Shown here piece after piece: positions 43,618 through 53,507 of a stretch of DNA of 64,000 nucleotides. This DNA is from Candidatus Micrarchaeia archaeon (GTDB lineage: Archaea > Micrarchaeota > Micrarchaeia > Micrarchaeales > CABMGC01), in assembly GCA_049964835.1 (NCBI GenBank), contig JBMFWW010000001.1, positions 67,589-131,588 on the forward strand, read 5' to 3'. The notes below the pieces were generated by a model, which saw only the letters and a program-made list of their open reading frames with translations, had not been told where the DNA came from and did no database searches. Positions within the stretch are counted from its first letter, which is position 1, and each line of letters begins with the position of its first letter. The position numbers and the translations under genes were made by a program.

Positions 43618-43926
43618 CTACCACTTTAGTTTAGATAACAACTTCACATCAAAGTCAAATCCATTGGCTTTCATATATACATATATAGAGATCATTGCTA
43701 TTATTTCAACCGCAGCAACAGACCATACACTAATAAGCCCTACAAATCCCGATCCGTTTGGATTTGGAGAGTAAGTAAAGAAGGTTACAAATGCTATTGT
43801 ACTTGCAAGGAAGATTAGCTCTATTGCAAGCATTATTGTTATGAAGTTCTTCTCTATTGCTACTCCTGCAATTCCTATACTTAGAAGACCAATGCAAATT
43901 GCAATTAAGTAGTATAAATAAATCAT
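43618..43926 (-). CDS. nuoK: NADH-quinone oxidoreductase subunit K
   Basis: 102 aa with three TM helices. Contains AIELIFLAS and AAVEIIAMISIY, and sits in the expected operon position. Confidence 0.8.
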   Translation of the reverse strand: MIYLYYLIAICIGLLSIGIAGVAIEKNFITIMLAIELIFLASTIAFVTFFTYSPNPNGSGFVGLISVWSVAAVEIIAMISIYVYMKANGFDFDVKLLSKLKW

Positions 43927-44408
43927 ATAATCAATTTAACATATTTTCTTATTATAATAACACTGCCTATTGCAGTGAGAAATAAGATAATTATTGCCAT
44001 ATATAAAATTGGATAATAATTTTCTAAAGCACTAGAAAAGTATCTTGACATATCGATATTATTGCTTGCAGAATTACCTATTCCATAAAGAGATAAAAAG
44101 ATGCTTACAAAAAGTATAGCAGCTATCATTGTTATTTTTAAAAAATCAAGATTTTCTATTTTTTTGTATTCGGATGAAACTGCAACTATTAAGTATGTGG
44201 ACATACCTCCTACAAAAATAAAAAGCTGCAGTAATCCAATAAAGTTCTGCCCTAACGCAAAGAATATCAATGCGCTCGATCCAAACGCAATAGTAAGCAT
44301 AAGAACCGCGCGCATTATGCTTTTCTGATAAAAGATAAAAATTCCTGATATTATTATTATGAATGAAAACAGTATTAAAAAGATAAATTCATACATAATC
44401 TCACTCAA
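43923..44408 (-). CDS. nuoJ: NADH-quinone oxidoreductase subunit J
   Basis: 161-aa polytopic protein between nuoI and nuoK. Contains RAVLMLTIAFGSSALIFFALGQNFIGLLQLFIFVGGM. Confidence 0.75.
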   Translation of the reverse strand: MSEIMYEFIFLILFSFIIIISGIFIFYQKSIMRAVLMLTIAFGSSALIFFALGQNFIGLLQLFIFVGGMSTYLIVAVSSEYKKIENLDFLKITMIAAILFVSIFLSLYGIGNSASNNIDMSRYFSSALENYYPILYMAIIILFLTAIGSVIIIRKYVKLII

Positions 44409-44763
44409 GTTCCTCTGGCCTTTTTATGAACTCTCTTTTATCATAGGCCTCAAGAACCTCATAATTTTTAGTAAGTGTTAAACACTTTGGAGGACAGACC
44501 TCTGCACAAAGTGCACAAAATAGACATCTTTCTATTCCTATTTGTGGCATAACCTTTTGTCCTTTGTCTGTTATTATGCCAACCATTGTAATTGTGCTAT
44601 TTGGACATATTAAAGAGCATGCAGAACAGCTAATACAAGTTTCAATATCTAATTTGAACATTGATCTGTAGCTATCCGGCAAAGACTCTTTTTCTTCTGG
44701 AAATTGAGTAGTGAATCTTTCTTTTCCAAGAGCCTTTACAACTTCTATTATAGGTTTTATCAT
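44401..44763 (-). CDS. nuoI: NADH-quinone oxidoreductase subunit I (2x[4Fe-4S] ferredoxin-like)
   Basis: Two CxxCxxCxxxCP motifs: CISCSACSLICP and CLFCALCAEVCP. Confidence 0.85.
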   Translation of the reverse strand: MIKPIIEVVKALGKERFTTQFPEEKESLPDSYRSMFKLDIETCISCSACSLICPNSTITMVGIITDKGQKVMPQIGIERCLFCALCAEVCPPKCLTLTKNYEVLEAYDKREFIKRPEELE

Positions 44764-44773
44764 AAATACATCT

Positions 44774-45778
44774 TTATTTAATTATCAATACTATGGTCAA
44801 TAAAAGATTTACTATAGATAATGGGAGTAAATACATCCAGCCTACCTTAAGTATTTTATCAATTCGCATTCTTACAGCACTCACTCTAATTATAATAATA
44901 AATATAGATATTATAAATGCCTTTATTATAAGCCAGACAATACCTGGTAAAATTGGTCCACTCCATCCTCCGAAGAAAAGTATTGCTATCAATAGTGAAC
45001 CCATAAACATTCTTGTATAATCAAGCATTAAAGCAACTGCATAATAAGGTGCACTAATATCGGTTAGCCATCCTGCTATAAGCTCAGAGTCTGCCTCTCT
45101 TAAATCAAATGGTGGTCTTTCTAGCTCCGCAAGCATTACGACAAAGAATACAAATAATCCTATTGGCATTAGGAAAGCGTAAAAGATATTTTTCTGCATA
45201 TTTATAATAGATATTAAATTATATGATCCTGAAATAATCCCTATAGTCGCAACAACAATAATCATAGGTATTTCATAACTTATTAGCATAAGAACAGATC
45301 TTTGCGCTCCAATCTCTGCAAACTTTCCACCGCTTGCATATCCTGCAATAAATAAAAGTATTGGAGTAAATCCAAGCAATACAAAAATTAGCAAAAGTCC
45401 TAATCCTATATCGCTAGCTTGTAAATATGAAGAAAATGGTATTAGCAATATAATGAATGTTACTATGCTTACTAGCAAAATAGGTGCTATATTCATAAGA
45501 AATGCATCTGCATTTTTAGGAACCATCTTCTCCTTTGCTAAAAGCTTTACTAAATCTGCAAGATTTTGGAAAATTCCCCATTTTCCTACTCTGTTGGGCC
45601 CGTGCCTTCTCTGAACCTTCGCTATCATTTTTCTTTCGACCCAACCGAAGATATACGCAAATACAGACATCATTATTAATACAGCTATTGCGTAAACAAT
45701 TATGAATATTATACTTACAAGTAAGTTTTGTGAGTTTAAGCCTGATGCAAAATAGTTAAGTATGCTATCTATCCACAT
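44774..45778 (-). CDS. nuoH: NADH-quinone oxidoreductase subunit H
   Basis: GWVERKMIAKVQRRHGPNRVG and ELERPPFDLREADSELIAGW. Confidence 0.9.
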   Translation of the reverse strand: MWIDSILNYFASGLNSQNLLVSIIFIIVYAIAVLIMMSVFAYIFGWVERKMIAKVQRRHGPNRVGKWGIFQNLADLVKLLAKEKMVPKNADAFLMNIAPILLVSIVTFIILLIPFSSYLQASDIGLGLLLIFVLLGFTPILLFIAGYASGGKFAEIGAQRSVLMLISYEIPMIIVVATIGIISGSYNLISIINMQKNIFYAFLMPIGLFVFFVVMLAELERPPFDLREADSELIAGWLTDISAPYYAVALMLDYTRMFMGSLLIAILFFGGWSGPILPGIVWLIIKAFIISIFIIIIRVSAVRMRIDKILKVGWMYLLPLSIVNLLLTIVLIIK

Positions 45779-46865
45779 CTGCCATCACCATGTCTAATGT
45801 TCCGAAGATACTGAATAAATCGGCTAATCTGTGTCCAACTGCCATCTTATTCAATGCTGCCAAATTTATGAATGTAGGGGATCTGATTGAAAGCCTATAC
45901 GGACCCTTATCTCCAGATATCATATACATCATGCACTCTCCTCTAGGCGCCTCTCTACTTACAATAACCTCTTTATTAACTGGTTTTGGAGAAACAAGTT
46001 TTACTGGCATTCCGACCATACTTCCTTCAGCTTTTTGTAATTTGTATAGGGAATCTCTTATTACTCTTATGCTTTCTTCAATTTCCATTATTCTTACTTT
46101 ATATCTTGCAAGATTGTCCCCTTCGCTTAGAAATTTAGTGTGAAAGTTGATTGTATCATATTCATAATAAGAGTTATTTTTTCTTACATCATACTTTACA
46201 CCTGATGCTCTAAGAACATGTCCTGTAACTCCAAAGTTTATTGCATCTTCTATATCAAGTACTCCTACTCCTTTCATTCTTTGGGTAAAGATCGGGTTTT
46301 TTTCTATGAAATTTTCATAATCTTTTAAACGTTTCTCAATATACTCTAGTACCTTTCTTGTATTTTCTTCAAAGTCCTTAGGGAACTCTCGATTTAAACC
46401 ACCTAATCTCATATTAACATAAAACATTCTCTGTCCAGTAGCACTCTCTAAAAGTTTTAATATAATGTCCCTATCTATAAAACCCCACATGAATCCTGTA
46501 AAAGATTGTCCAAGATCATTAGTTATAGTTCCAATCCAAAACAGATGGCTCGCTATTCTTTGCAATTCAAGAAGTATCATTCTGGCATAAGATGCCCTTT
46601 CGCTTAATGTTATACCTAAAGCTTTTTCTACAGTTGCTACATAAAGTTCATCTACTGCCATAGGCGCAACATAATCTATTTTTTCCATATATGGCGGACT
46701 TTGCATATACATTCTATTTTCTACAAGTTTCTCTACTCCTCTATGCAAATATCCAACATGTGGTTCTACCTTTACTATTGTGTCTCCATCTAAATCTACA
46801 ACTAATCTTGCAACTCCATGAGTGCTTGGATGCACCGGACCTATATTTATTCTAGTTAGTGCCAT
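45765..46865 (-). CDS. nuoD: NADH-quinone oxidoreductase subunit D
   Basis: NIGPVHPSTHGVARL, GYLHRGVEKL, and C-terminal SIFGTLDMVMADVDR. Confidence 0.9.
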   Translation of the reverse strand: MALTRINIGPVHPSTHGVARLVVDLDGDTIVKVEPHVGYLHRGVEKLVENRMYMQSPPYMEKIDYVAPMAVDELYVATVEKALGITLSERASYARMILLELQRIASHLFWIGTITNDLGQSFTGFMWGFIDRDIILKLLESATGQRMFYVNMRLGGLNREFPKDFEENTRKVLEYIEKRLKDYENFIEKNPIFTQRMKGVGVLDIEDAINFGVTGHVLRASGVKYDVRKNNSYYEYDTINFHTKFLSEGDNLARYKVRIMEIEESIRVIRDSLYKLQKAEGSMVGMPVKLVSPKPVNKEVIVSREAPRGECMMYMISGDKGPYRLSIRSPTFINLAALNKMAVGHRLADLFSIFGTLDMVMADVDR

Positions 46866-46868
46866 TGC

Positions 46869-47243
46869 TCAAACCTTTTCATACTCAGTATTCCAAACAA
46901 AATTCTTTCTAAGAGGATAGCCTTTCCCATCCCATTTTTCCAATAGTAATTTTTTAATTCTTCTATCCTTAATTTTAATTCCAAACATCTCGTATAACTC
47001 TCTTTCATACCAATCTGCTGCATTGTATATTTCAGTTACTGTTTCTATCCATAAATCATTTGGATTTAACTCTACTTCAATAACTATATCATCATTTTTA
47101 TCGAAGTTTCTCAAAATATAAATTAGATTAACGGTTTTAATGTAATCAACAGCAGTTATCTTTACTAAGTATTTATATCCTTCAGCGTAATTTTTTTTGA
47201 TATTATCTAAAAAATCCCTTCTTTCAATCTTCATTGTATCCAC
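46869..47243 (-). CDS. nuoC: NADH-quinone oxidoreductase subunit C (short form)
   Basis: NAADWYERELYEMFGIKI...GYPLRK. 124 aa. Confidence 0.8.
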   Translation of the reverse strand: MDTMKIERRDFLDNIKKNYAEGYKYLVKITAVDYIKTVNLIYILRNFDKNDDIVIEVELNPNDLWIETVTEIYNAADWYERELYEMFGIKIKDRRIKKLLLEKWDGKGYPLRKNFVWNTEYEKV

Positions 47244-47787
47244 TTACCTTCTTCTGCAGTTTCATCAATGCAGAAAATAAATTTTCAGGCCTTGGAGGGC
47301 ATCCGACAACATATACATCTACTGGAAGTACCTGGTCTATTCCCTTTACTATATTGTAGCTTTGCCACCATGGTCCTCCACATGTAGCACACTCTCCAAA
47401 AGCAATAACATATCGTGGCCTTGCCATTTGCTCATATAACCTTTTTACTTCTGGAACCATAGATTTTGTAACCCATCCTGCTACAAGCATAACATCTGCT
47501 TGTTTCGGCGTTGCTCTGAAAAGCAAATAACCCTTCCTTTCAGCATCTATCCTTGCAGAACCAAAGTCCATAAGCTCCATAGCGCAGCAAGCTAATCCAA
47601 ATTGTAATGGCCATAGCGAATTAACTCTTGACCAGCTTACCATACCTTTTGATAGTGCCTTTGTTAGTTCAGAAAGTTTTCCAAAAGCCACATTTGGTTT
47701 AACATCCCTAGTTTTTAATGAATCTGCAACTAACTTATCCATTTCCATTCTGGCATTAAGCATCTTTTCATCATCTATTGAGTCCAT
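47224..47787 (-). CDS. nuoB: NADH-quinone oxidoreductase subunit B
   Basis: SLWPLQFGLACCAMELM, GECATCGGPW and VVGCPPRPE (N2 cluster ligands). Confidence 0.9.
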   Translation of the reverse strand: MDSIDDEKMLNARMEMDKLVADSLKTRDVKPNVAFGKLSELTKALSKGMVSWSRVNSLWPLQFGLACCAMELMDFGSARIDAERKGYLLFRATPKQADVMLVAGWVTKSMVPEVKRLYEQMARPRYVIAFGECATCGGPWWQSYNIVKGIDQVLPVDVYVVGCPPRPENLFSALMKLQKKVSGYNED

Positions 47788-48148
47788 TTGATCTCCAAAA
47801 TCTTTTTAGTGAAAAAAACATTATAAATAAAAGAAATATCATTGATAGAATTAACAATCCTATTATATAAATATCTGTTGCGAGTGTAGTAAAATTTATT
47901 ACATATGCCCAAGCCAGAATTATCCCTGTTAATATCTCAAACGCTAAGAATCCAGTAAAGTAATGGAAGTACTCGGACATTATTGTGATTTTAGAACCTA
48001 CACTTTCTTCTGCACTTTCGAAATTAAGCTCTGAAACTGCATTATTCCGTCTTTTATATCCTAACATAATTGAAGTAAAAACAAGTGAAACCGGTACAAT
48101 TATGGAAAATACTATAAATATTCCAATAGCAACGTAATTTGATGGCAT
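47771..48148 (-). CDS. nuoA: NADH-quinone oxidoreductase subunit A
   Basis: 125 aa with three TM helices. First gene of the operon, overlapping nuoB. Confidence 0.75.
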   Translation of the reverse strand: MPSNYVAIGIFIVFSIIVPVSLVFTSIMLGYKRRNNAVSELNFESAEESVGSKITIMSEYFHYFTGFLAFEILTGIILAWAYVINFTTLATDIYIIGLLILSMIFLLFIMFFSLKRFWRSNGLNR

Positions 48149-48280
48149 GATTATAAGTAGAAGAATAACTTAATATTGTTATCTTTATTAATAATTACTT
48201 AAATTTCATAAAACAAATATGATATATACTTCAAGAAGCAATCAAACACACTTTTGAAATTGTAAAAAATTGGTAATATT

Positions 48281-48718
48281 ATGGAGTTATCGGAAAATGC
48301 AAAATTAACATTAAGTAGGGGCAAGGTAAAATTACGGGTATTAAGGAGCGGAATGTACCAACAGATTACCTTTGACGTTAAGGTTGTATCGTCTGGCAAT
48401 ATAGAGTATAACGAACTTTTTACAAATAGAACAATAGATATTTCTGAGCTTAAAAGAATAGCAGATGAGATCGGTCTTCCAATAGCTGCTCAAAATGCCA
48501 TTGTTTTTCCTGAAGGAACATCTAGCAATGATTTTAAAATAAGAGAAAAAGAGTACCATATTGCAGAGGAAACGAATGAAGTTAAAACTGAAGAACTAAT
48601 CGAAGAGAAATCAAATAATATAGAAAGTCAAAATAATAATTCTAAGACTCAAGAAGCAAACAAAGAAGGTTCAAGTCAGAATTCAAGCGAAACTTCAAAT
48701 AATGACAAAAATCAATAA
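48281..48718 (+). CDS. hypothetical protein with acidic/Asn-Ser-rich C-terminal tail
   Basis: 145-aa ORF divergent from nuoA. The ordered ~90-aa N-terminal part is followed by a low-complexity tail. No motif recognised. Confidence 0.5.
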   Translation: MELSENAKLTLSRGKVKLRVLRSGMYQQITFDVKVVSSGNIEYNELFTNRTIDISELKRIADEIGLPIAAQNAIVFPEGTSSNDFKIREKEYHIAEETNEVKTEELIEEKSNNIESQNNNSKTQEANKEGSSQNSSETSNNDKNQ

Positions 48719-48748
48719 TCACTATACTTCTAAATACTTTGCTCTTAT

Positions 48749-48880
48749 TTATTTTAATCCAGAAGCACAACTTTCACATACTCCTTTTTTACCTGCATGC
48801 TTATTGCAATAAGGCCTTCCACACAGAGTACATACATTATTAGCTAATTTATTACAAATATGGCACAATTTTATTTTCAT
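48749..48880 (-). CDS. 43-aa cross-brace zinc-finger protein (zf-HIT/B-box-like spacing)
   Basis: Below the track cutoff. MKIKLCHICNKLANNVCTLCGRPYCNKHAGKKGVCESCASGLK has the ligand spacing C-x2-C-x7-C-x2-C-x4-C-x2-H-x6-C-x2-C. Its ATG is 5 nt after the priL stop on the same strand. Confidence 0.6.
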   Translation of the reverse strand: MKIKLCHICNKLANNVCTLCGRPYCNKHAGKKGVCESCASGLK

Positions 48881-48885
48881 AACTT

Positions 48886-49821
48886 TCACTTCAAAATATC
48901 CTCTCCCAACAACTCTTTAGCTCTTAAATATGACAGTGGTTTCATTCCTTTAAGTTTTGCATACTTTATTTGATATCTAATATAACTTTCATTGACATCA
49001 GTGTCAGGGTTTATTTCCTTACACTTTTCTATATAATTATTTATAACTTTAAAAGCATCCTCTTCAGATAAACCTACAATATTAGTAAAGTATGGCGCAA
49101 GTATGAGATTTACAGTTCTATGCCTTACATCGGCAATAGGTCTTTCCATAAGTTTTTTAATCCAATTATATTTTTCATTATTGGAAAACTTAACTTTTTG
49201 ACTTATTGGTGGCATCTTAATTTTTTTAGAAAATTCAAAGACCTCTTCAGGAAGTTCTGACTTAGGTATTGGCAAATTTTTATTTATTTCAATCTCTATT
49301 CTTTTTATTAAAAATCTAGAAAGCTTTTCCTTGCTTAAGTATACATATCCATTTTTCAAATCTTGGAATATCAAATTAAATTCTTTTTGATTTGACATAT
49401 TATTAAGGTATGGCTCTAAAGGTATCATAAGTAACTCTTTATCTTTTTTAATATCTAAATTTAGTTCTTGTGTAATTAATGAAATATTATATGGTTTATC
49501 TTCAATAAGTGATGAAACACTTCTAAAAGCCTCATTCGATACAAATGCCTTTATAACCGTTTTAGATCCAGTTCCGCTCGCAATCATTCTTGCATATGCG
49601 TAGCTAAGTATATGAACAATCTTAATCTCATTAGGTATGTCTGAGGTTAAATCTTCATTCTTCTTATCCAAGGCATTTTGGACACGTATCATTCCATAAT
49701 TTAATAATCTACGTTCCAACGCGTTTCCATATGTACTTATAATCTCTTTAGCTTCTTTAGAAAAAGGATATCTGTAAGCAATATCTAATTCATTATTACT
49801 ATACTTTATTTCAGTTTCCAT
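48886..49821 (-). CDS. priL: DNA primase large subunit PriL (variant without Fe-S cysteine ligands)
   Basis: YRYPFSKEAKEII, NGYVYLSKEKL, LILAPYFTNIVGLSEEDAFKVI and YIRYQIKYAKLKG follow the archaeal PriL pattern. The whole 311-aa protein contains a single Cys. Confidence 0.7.
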   Translation of the reverse strand: METEIKYSNNELDIAYRYPFSKEAKEIISTYGNALERRLLNYGMIRVQNALDKKNEDLTSDIPNEIKIVHILSYAYARMIASGTGSKTVIKAFVSNEAFRSVSSLIEDKPYNISLITQELNLDIKKDKELLMIPLEPYLNNMSNQKEFNLIFQDLKNGYVYLSKEKLSRFLIKRIEIEINKNLPIPKSELPEEVFEFSKKIKMPPISQKVKFSNNEKYNWIKKLMERPIADVRHRTVNLILAPYFTNIVGLSEEDAFKVINNYIEKCKEINPDTDVNESYIRYQIKYAKLKGMKPLSYLRAKELLGEDILK

Positions 49822-49898
49822 GAAAGAAACAACTCTTATAATATTAGCTTTTCACAAAATTATATATTATTTGTTATTTTTATATATACTGTGTTAAG

Positions 49899-50528
49899 AT
49901 GGCAACTAAAAATAATAATGATCGCGAATGGGATGAGCTAACAGACAGTTTCATAACAGGAATAGATGATAAGCTCCTAGTAGATTCGGATGTAAAGCTA
50001 AGAGATGTCCTTACGCATCCATCTAAATATGCACAAAAATCAAATGCCTCTTCAATTTTAGAGAAGATGCAATCTTCAATAGACACCTACTTTGGCATTG
50101 TAATGGAAGCGTTCAAATCAGAAAAGGACAAATTCGATAAGGAGTTAGAAGCAATGTCTATACTTTATTCTAAGGTATCTTCTACAATACAAGAAAAGGC
50201 AGAACTTTCACAAACACCAATAATAACACCGCATAGTATTAATGTAAATGAAAAATCATCTGAGTCAATAATAATAGACTCGTTTGATACACAAGTAGAA
50301 CATCTTATAGGCAAACTTACTAGCTCTTCAGTTTATATTGGTGATATATCTGCTAAGTACAATGAACATACATTAGGTTCATGGATTTTCTCATCAAAAA
50401 GACCTTATATTTTAACAATAAAGCCGCCTGAGAATATAATAATGGAAATAGAAAATGCAAAATTAACAATAATGTCATATATTAGTTCATTTTCAGGAGA
50501 AATAGAGCTGTACAAATCTTCAAAATAA
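49899..50528 (+). CDS. hypothetical protein
   Basis: 209-aa ORF divergent from priL. No motif recognised. Confidence 0.5.
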   Translation: MATKNNNDREWDELTDSFITGIDDKLLVDSDVKLRDVLTHPSKYAQKSNASSILEKMQSSIDTYFGIVMEAFKSEKDKFDKELEAMSILYSKVSSTIQEKAELSQTPIITPHSINVNEKSSESIIIDSFDTQVEHLIGKLTSSSVYIGDISAKYNEHTLGSWIFSSKRPYILTIKPPENIIMEIENAKLTIMSYISSFSGEIELYKSSK

Positions 50529-50547
50529 AAATCAAATTAACGAGTAA

Positions 50548-51129
50548 ATGAAAAATAAAATTAGTAATGCTACAACCGTTTTGATTATAACTGGCGTTCC
50601 AGGAACTGGAAAGACAACTCTCGCTAAACTTCTCTTTAAAAGATTGAAAAACGTATACCTTGTAGGTGCAAATGAAATAGCAAAAAGAAATAAGTTATAT
50701 CTTGGTTTTGATAAAGCAGACAACGCTCACATAGTAGATTTAAAAAAACTAGAAAAAGAAGTAAATGTTATAATAAAAAGAGAAAAACAAAGTGGGACTA
50801 AGTATATAATATTCGAAGGCCATTTATTATGCGACATAAAAATTCCTAACGTTAAAGTAATTGTTTTAAGATCACACATAAATACCTTGGAAAAAAGACT
50901 TAAAAAACGTGGTTACAGTAATAAAAAATTATCAGAAAACATTATGTCTGAACTTATTAATTACTGTGGCAACAATTCAAGGAAGAATTATAATAATGTT
51001 TATGAAGTATTAAATGATAAGAACTGTTTGAAAACTTCATTGAAAATAATAAATAATATAAAAGTAAAAAGAAAAACTTATGATATACTGTCAGAGTTTA
51101 ATGAAAAGCATAAAAAGTACCTCACTTAA
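50548..51129 (+). CDS. adenylate kinase 6 / Fap7-like nucleoside-triphosphatase
   Basis: P-loop ITGVPGTGKTTLAKLL, IIFEGHLL, and VIVLRSHINTLEKRLKKRGYSNKKLSENI. Confidence 0.7.
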   Translation: MKNKISNATTVLIITGVPGTGKTTLAKLLFKRLKNVYLVGANEIAKRNKLYLGFDKADNAHIVDLKKLEKEVNVIIKREKQSGTKYIIFEGHLLCDIKIPNVKVIVLRSHINTLEKRLKKRGYSNKKLSENIMSELINYCGNNSRKNYNNVYEVLNDKNCLKTSLKIINNIKVKRKTYDILSEFNEKHKKYLT

Positions 51130-51140
51130 TTGGTATTTAT

Positions 51141-52178
51141 ATGAAAGCTATGGGTTTTAATGAACACGGTAATTACGAAAAAATACATGAGATTGAGGTT
51201 AAAGATCCAAATGTTCCAGAAAATTATGTGCTAATAAGATTAAAATCAACTTCAATAAATACTCTTGATTTAATGACTAGGAATGGAATACCTGGCTTTA
51301 AATTTGAAATGCCGCACATTCCTGGTTCTGATGTATTTGGGATTGTAGAAGCGGTAGGTAAAAACGCTAACAAATTTTCTATAGGCGACGAAGTAATTGC
51401 AAATACAGCTTATGGCTGTGGAATATGTTCTTTCTGTAAATCTGGTTTAGAGCATAAGTGCCCTTCTTTGAAGTGTTTAGGATTGCATGTAAACGGGAGC
51501 TATGCAGAACTAATCTCAGTCCCTGAAAGTATACTATTACGTGCATCAAAATCATTTACCGAAAAAGAGTTAGCCGCTTTACCATTGCATCTGCCATTAG
51601 CATGGAGAAACATAAAAAAACTTGCATTAGCAAAGCCAGACGAAACAATACTTATAAAAGGAGCAACCGGAAATGTTGGCATATATGGAATTTTAATGGC
51701 GAAGGCTCTAAAATTAAATATAATCGCATTAACAAGAAATCCAGAAAATGAGTTAATACTTAAAAAACTAGGCGTAAATACTGTAATATCTGGAAAGGAT
51801 TACACTGAAAATTTAACTAAAAGCGTAATGGACATTACAAATAACAAAGGTGTAGATATTATATTGGAATCATTTGGCTCAACAATGAACACATCAATAG
51901 ATGTTGCTGCGTACAATGCTAGAATAATATCATTTGGTGTTCTTACTGGGTCAGAATCAAACATAAATATAAGAAAGCTTTATTTAAGAAATATATCAAT
52001 ACTAGGTACACACAACGCTTCAAAAGAGGATCTTGATGAATCAATCGAATTTGCTATAAAAAATAACATACATCCATTAATATCCGCTTCATACGATCTT
52101 AAGGATGCGTCAGTTGCACAAAAGAAGTTTGAAGATCACAATTCAATAGGAAAAATAATTCTACAAAATAGGTTCTAA
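51141..52178 (+). CDS. zinc-dependent alcohol dehydrogenase / MDR-family oxidoreductase
   Basis: GSDVFGIVEAVG, the structural-zinc loop CGICSFCKSGLEHKC, and a Rossmann motif GATGNVG. Confidence 0.8.
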   Translation: MKAMGFNEHGNYEKIHEIEVKDPNVPENYVLIRLKSTSINTLDLMTRNGIPGFKFEMPHIPGSDVFGIVEAVGKNANKFSIGDEVIANTAYGCGICSFCKSGLEHKCPSLKCLGLHVNGSYAELISVPESILLRASKSFTEKELAALPLHLPLAWRNIKKLALAKPDETILIKGATGNVGIYGILMAKALKLNIIALTRNPENELILKKLGVNTVISGKDYTENLTKSVMDITNNKGVDIILESFGSTMNTSIDVAAYNARIISFGVLTGSESNINIRKLYLRNISILGTHNASKEDLDESIEFAIKNNIHPLISASYDLKDASVAQKKFEDHNSIGKIILQNRF

Positions 52179-52179
52179 A

Positions 52180-52800
52180 ATGAAATTAAAAAAATTTGAT
52201 TATATCTATTTCGGACTCCCATTAATACTATGGCCGTTGAGTTTTATCTTATTCAGTAATTATTTTGTCTATGCCATGACAATATCAACCGTAATTCTTG
52301 CAACTATAACACTTTTAAAATACAAAGATATTTTAAAGGTAAAGAGTGGAAGCATTAAAAAAATACTTTTATGGGGGGCTATAGGCGCTGCGGTATTATA
52401 TCTTATTTTTTTAGTGGGCTATTATCTTTCAATAGCAACAAATACAGTTTTTTATGTAGTTAAGGTTTATAAGCTAATATATATTGAAGCACAACCAATT
52501 TTTCTTTTTATACTTCTTGCAATAATAGGTATATGCGAAGAGTTTTACTGGAGAGGCGGAGTCCAAGCATTAATAAGAAAGAAATCAAAGTTGTTCAAAA
52601 AGATGCCATGGGTTGGAGCTGCATTATATTATGGTTTAATACACATTTCAACATTAAATCCAATACTTGTTCTAGCCGCATTGTTTGTAGGTATAGTTAC
52701 AAGTATACTTGCAGAGAAATATGGAATATTAAGTTCAATGATAGCGCATGTTGTGTGGATCGAGTTCATTATAATCTTCTTACCAGTTATTTTAATATAA
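52180..52800 (+). CDS. CPBP-family (CAAX-type) intramembrane glutamic endopeptidase
   Basis: EEFYWRG (EExxxR), GLIHIS (FxxxH-like) and HVVWIEF, in a polytopic protein. Confidence 0.75.
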   Translation: MKLKKFDYIYFGLPLILWPLSFILFSNYFVYAMTISTVILATITLLKYKDILKVKSGSIKKILLWGAIGAAVLYLIFLVGYYLSIATNTVFYVVKVYKLIYIEAQPIFLFILLAIIGICEEFYWRGGVQALIRKKSKLFKKMPWVGAALYYGLIHISTLNPILVLAALFVGIVTSILAEKYGILSSMIAHVVWIEFIIIFLPVILI

Positions 52801-52812
52801 ATGTGAATTCAA

Positions 52813-53499
52813 ATGAGCCAAAAGATAAATAAAATTTTTTCAAGAATATCAAATAGATATGACTCAATGAATCACATCTTAAGTTTTGGTATTGACAAAT
52901 CCTGGCGAGATGAAGCAGTAAGGATTTCTTGTTCATTTTTAAAAGATAATAAAAATCCTAGAATACTTGATGTTGCAACAGGTACTGGAGATCTCGCAAT
53001 ATTATTATCAAAAAAAATTAAAAATGCAAAAATAACTGCGATAGATTTTAATTCAGACATGGTAAAAATAGGCGAAGAAAAAGCAATAAAGAACCAGTGC
53101 AAAAATATTACATTTTTAGTATCAGACGCTTTAAAAACTAATTTCAAACCAAACTCTTTTGATTTATGCATATCTGGTTTTGCCCTTAGAAATTTAGATG
53201 ATTTAGACATTTTTTTAAAAGAACAAAAGCGTATTCTTACAGATAATGGTCATTTTGTTTATTTGGATATGGCACTACCTGATGAAAAATTAAATAGAAT
53301 ATTTTTTAAAATATATTCGCATTTTATGCTTTTTGTTGGTTTTTTTGTTGATTATACTGCTTACTATTGGTTAACATTAAGCATAAAGAAGTTTGATAAA
53401 AAAAACCTTATAGAACTACTTACAAAAAATAACTTCAAAAATATAAAGTACAAAGAGTTATCGACGAAAATTGCATATATTGTAAATGGCAATAAATAA
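52813..53499 (+). CDS. ubiE: demethylmenaquinone/ubiquinone methyltransferase (UbiE/MenG family)
   Basis: FSRISNRYDSMNHILSFGIDKSWR and the SAM motif LDVATGTGD. Confidence 0.8.
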   Translation: MSQKINKIFSRISNRYDSMNHILSFGIDKSWRDEAVRISCSFLKDNKNPRILDVATGTGDLAILLSKKIKNAKITAIDFNSDMVKIGEEKAIKNQCKNITFLVSDALKTNFKPNSFDLCISGFALRNLDDLDIFLKEQKRILTDNGHFVYLDMALPDEKLNRIFFKIYSHFMLFVGFFVDYTAYYWLTLSIKKFDKKNLIELLTKNNFKNIKYKELSTKIAYIVNGNK

Positions 53500-53507
53500 T
53501 AATTAAA

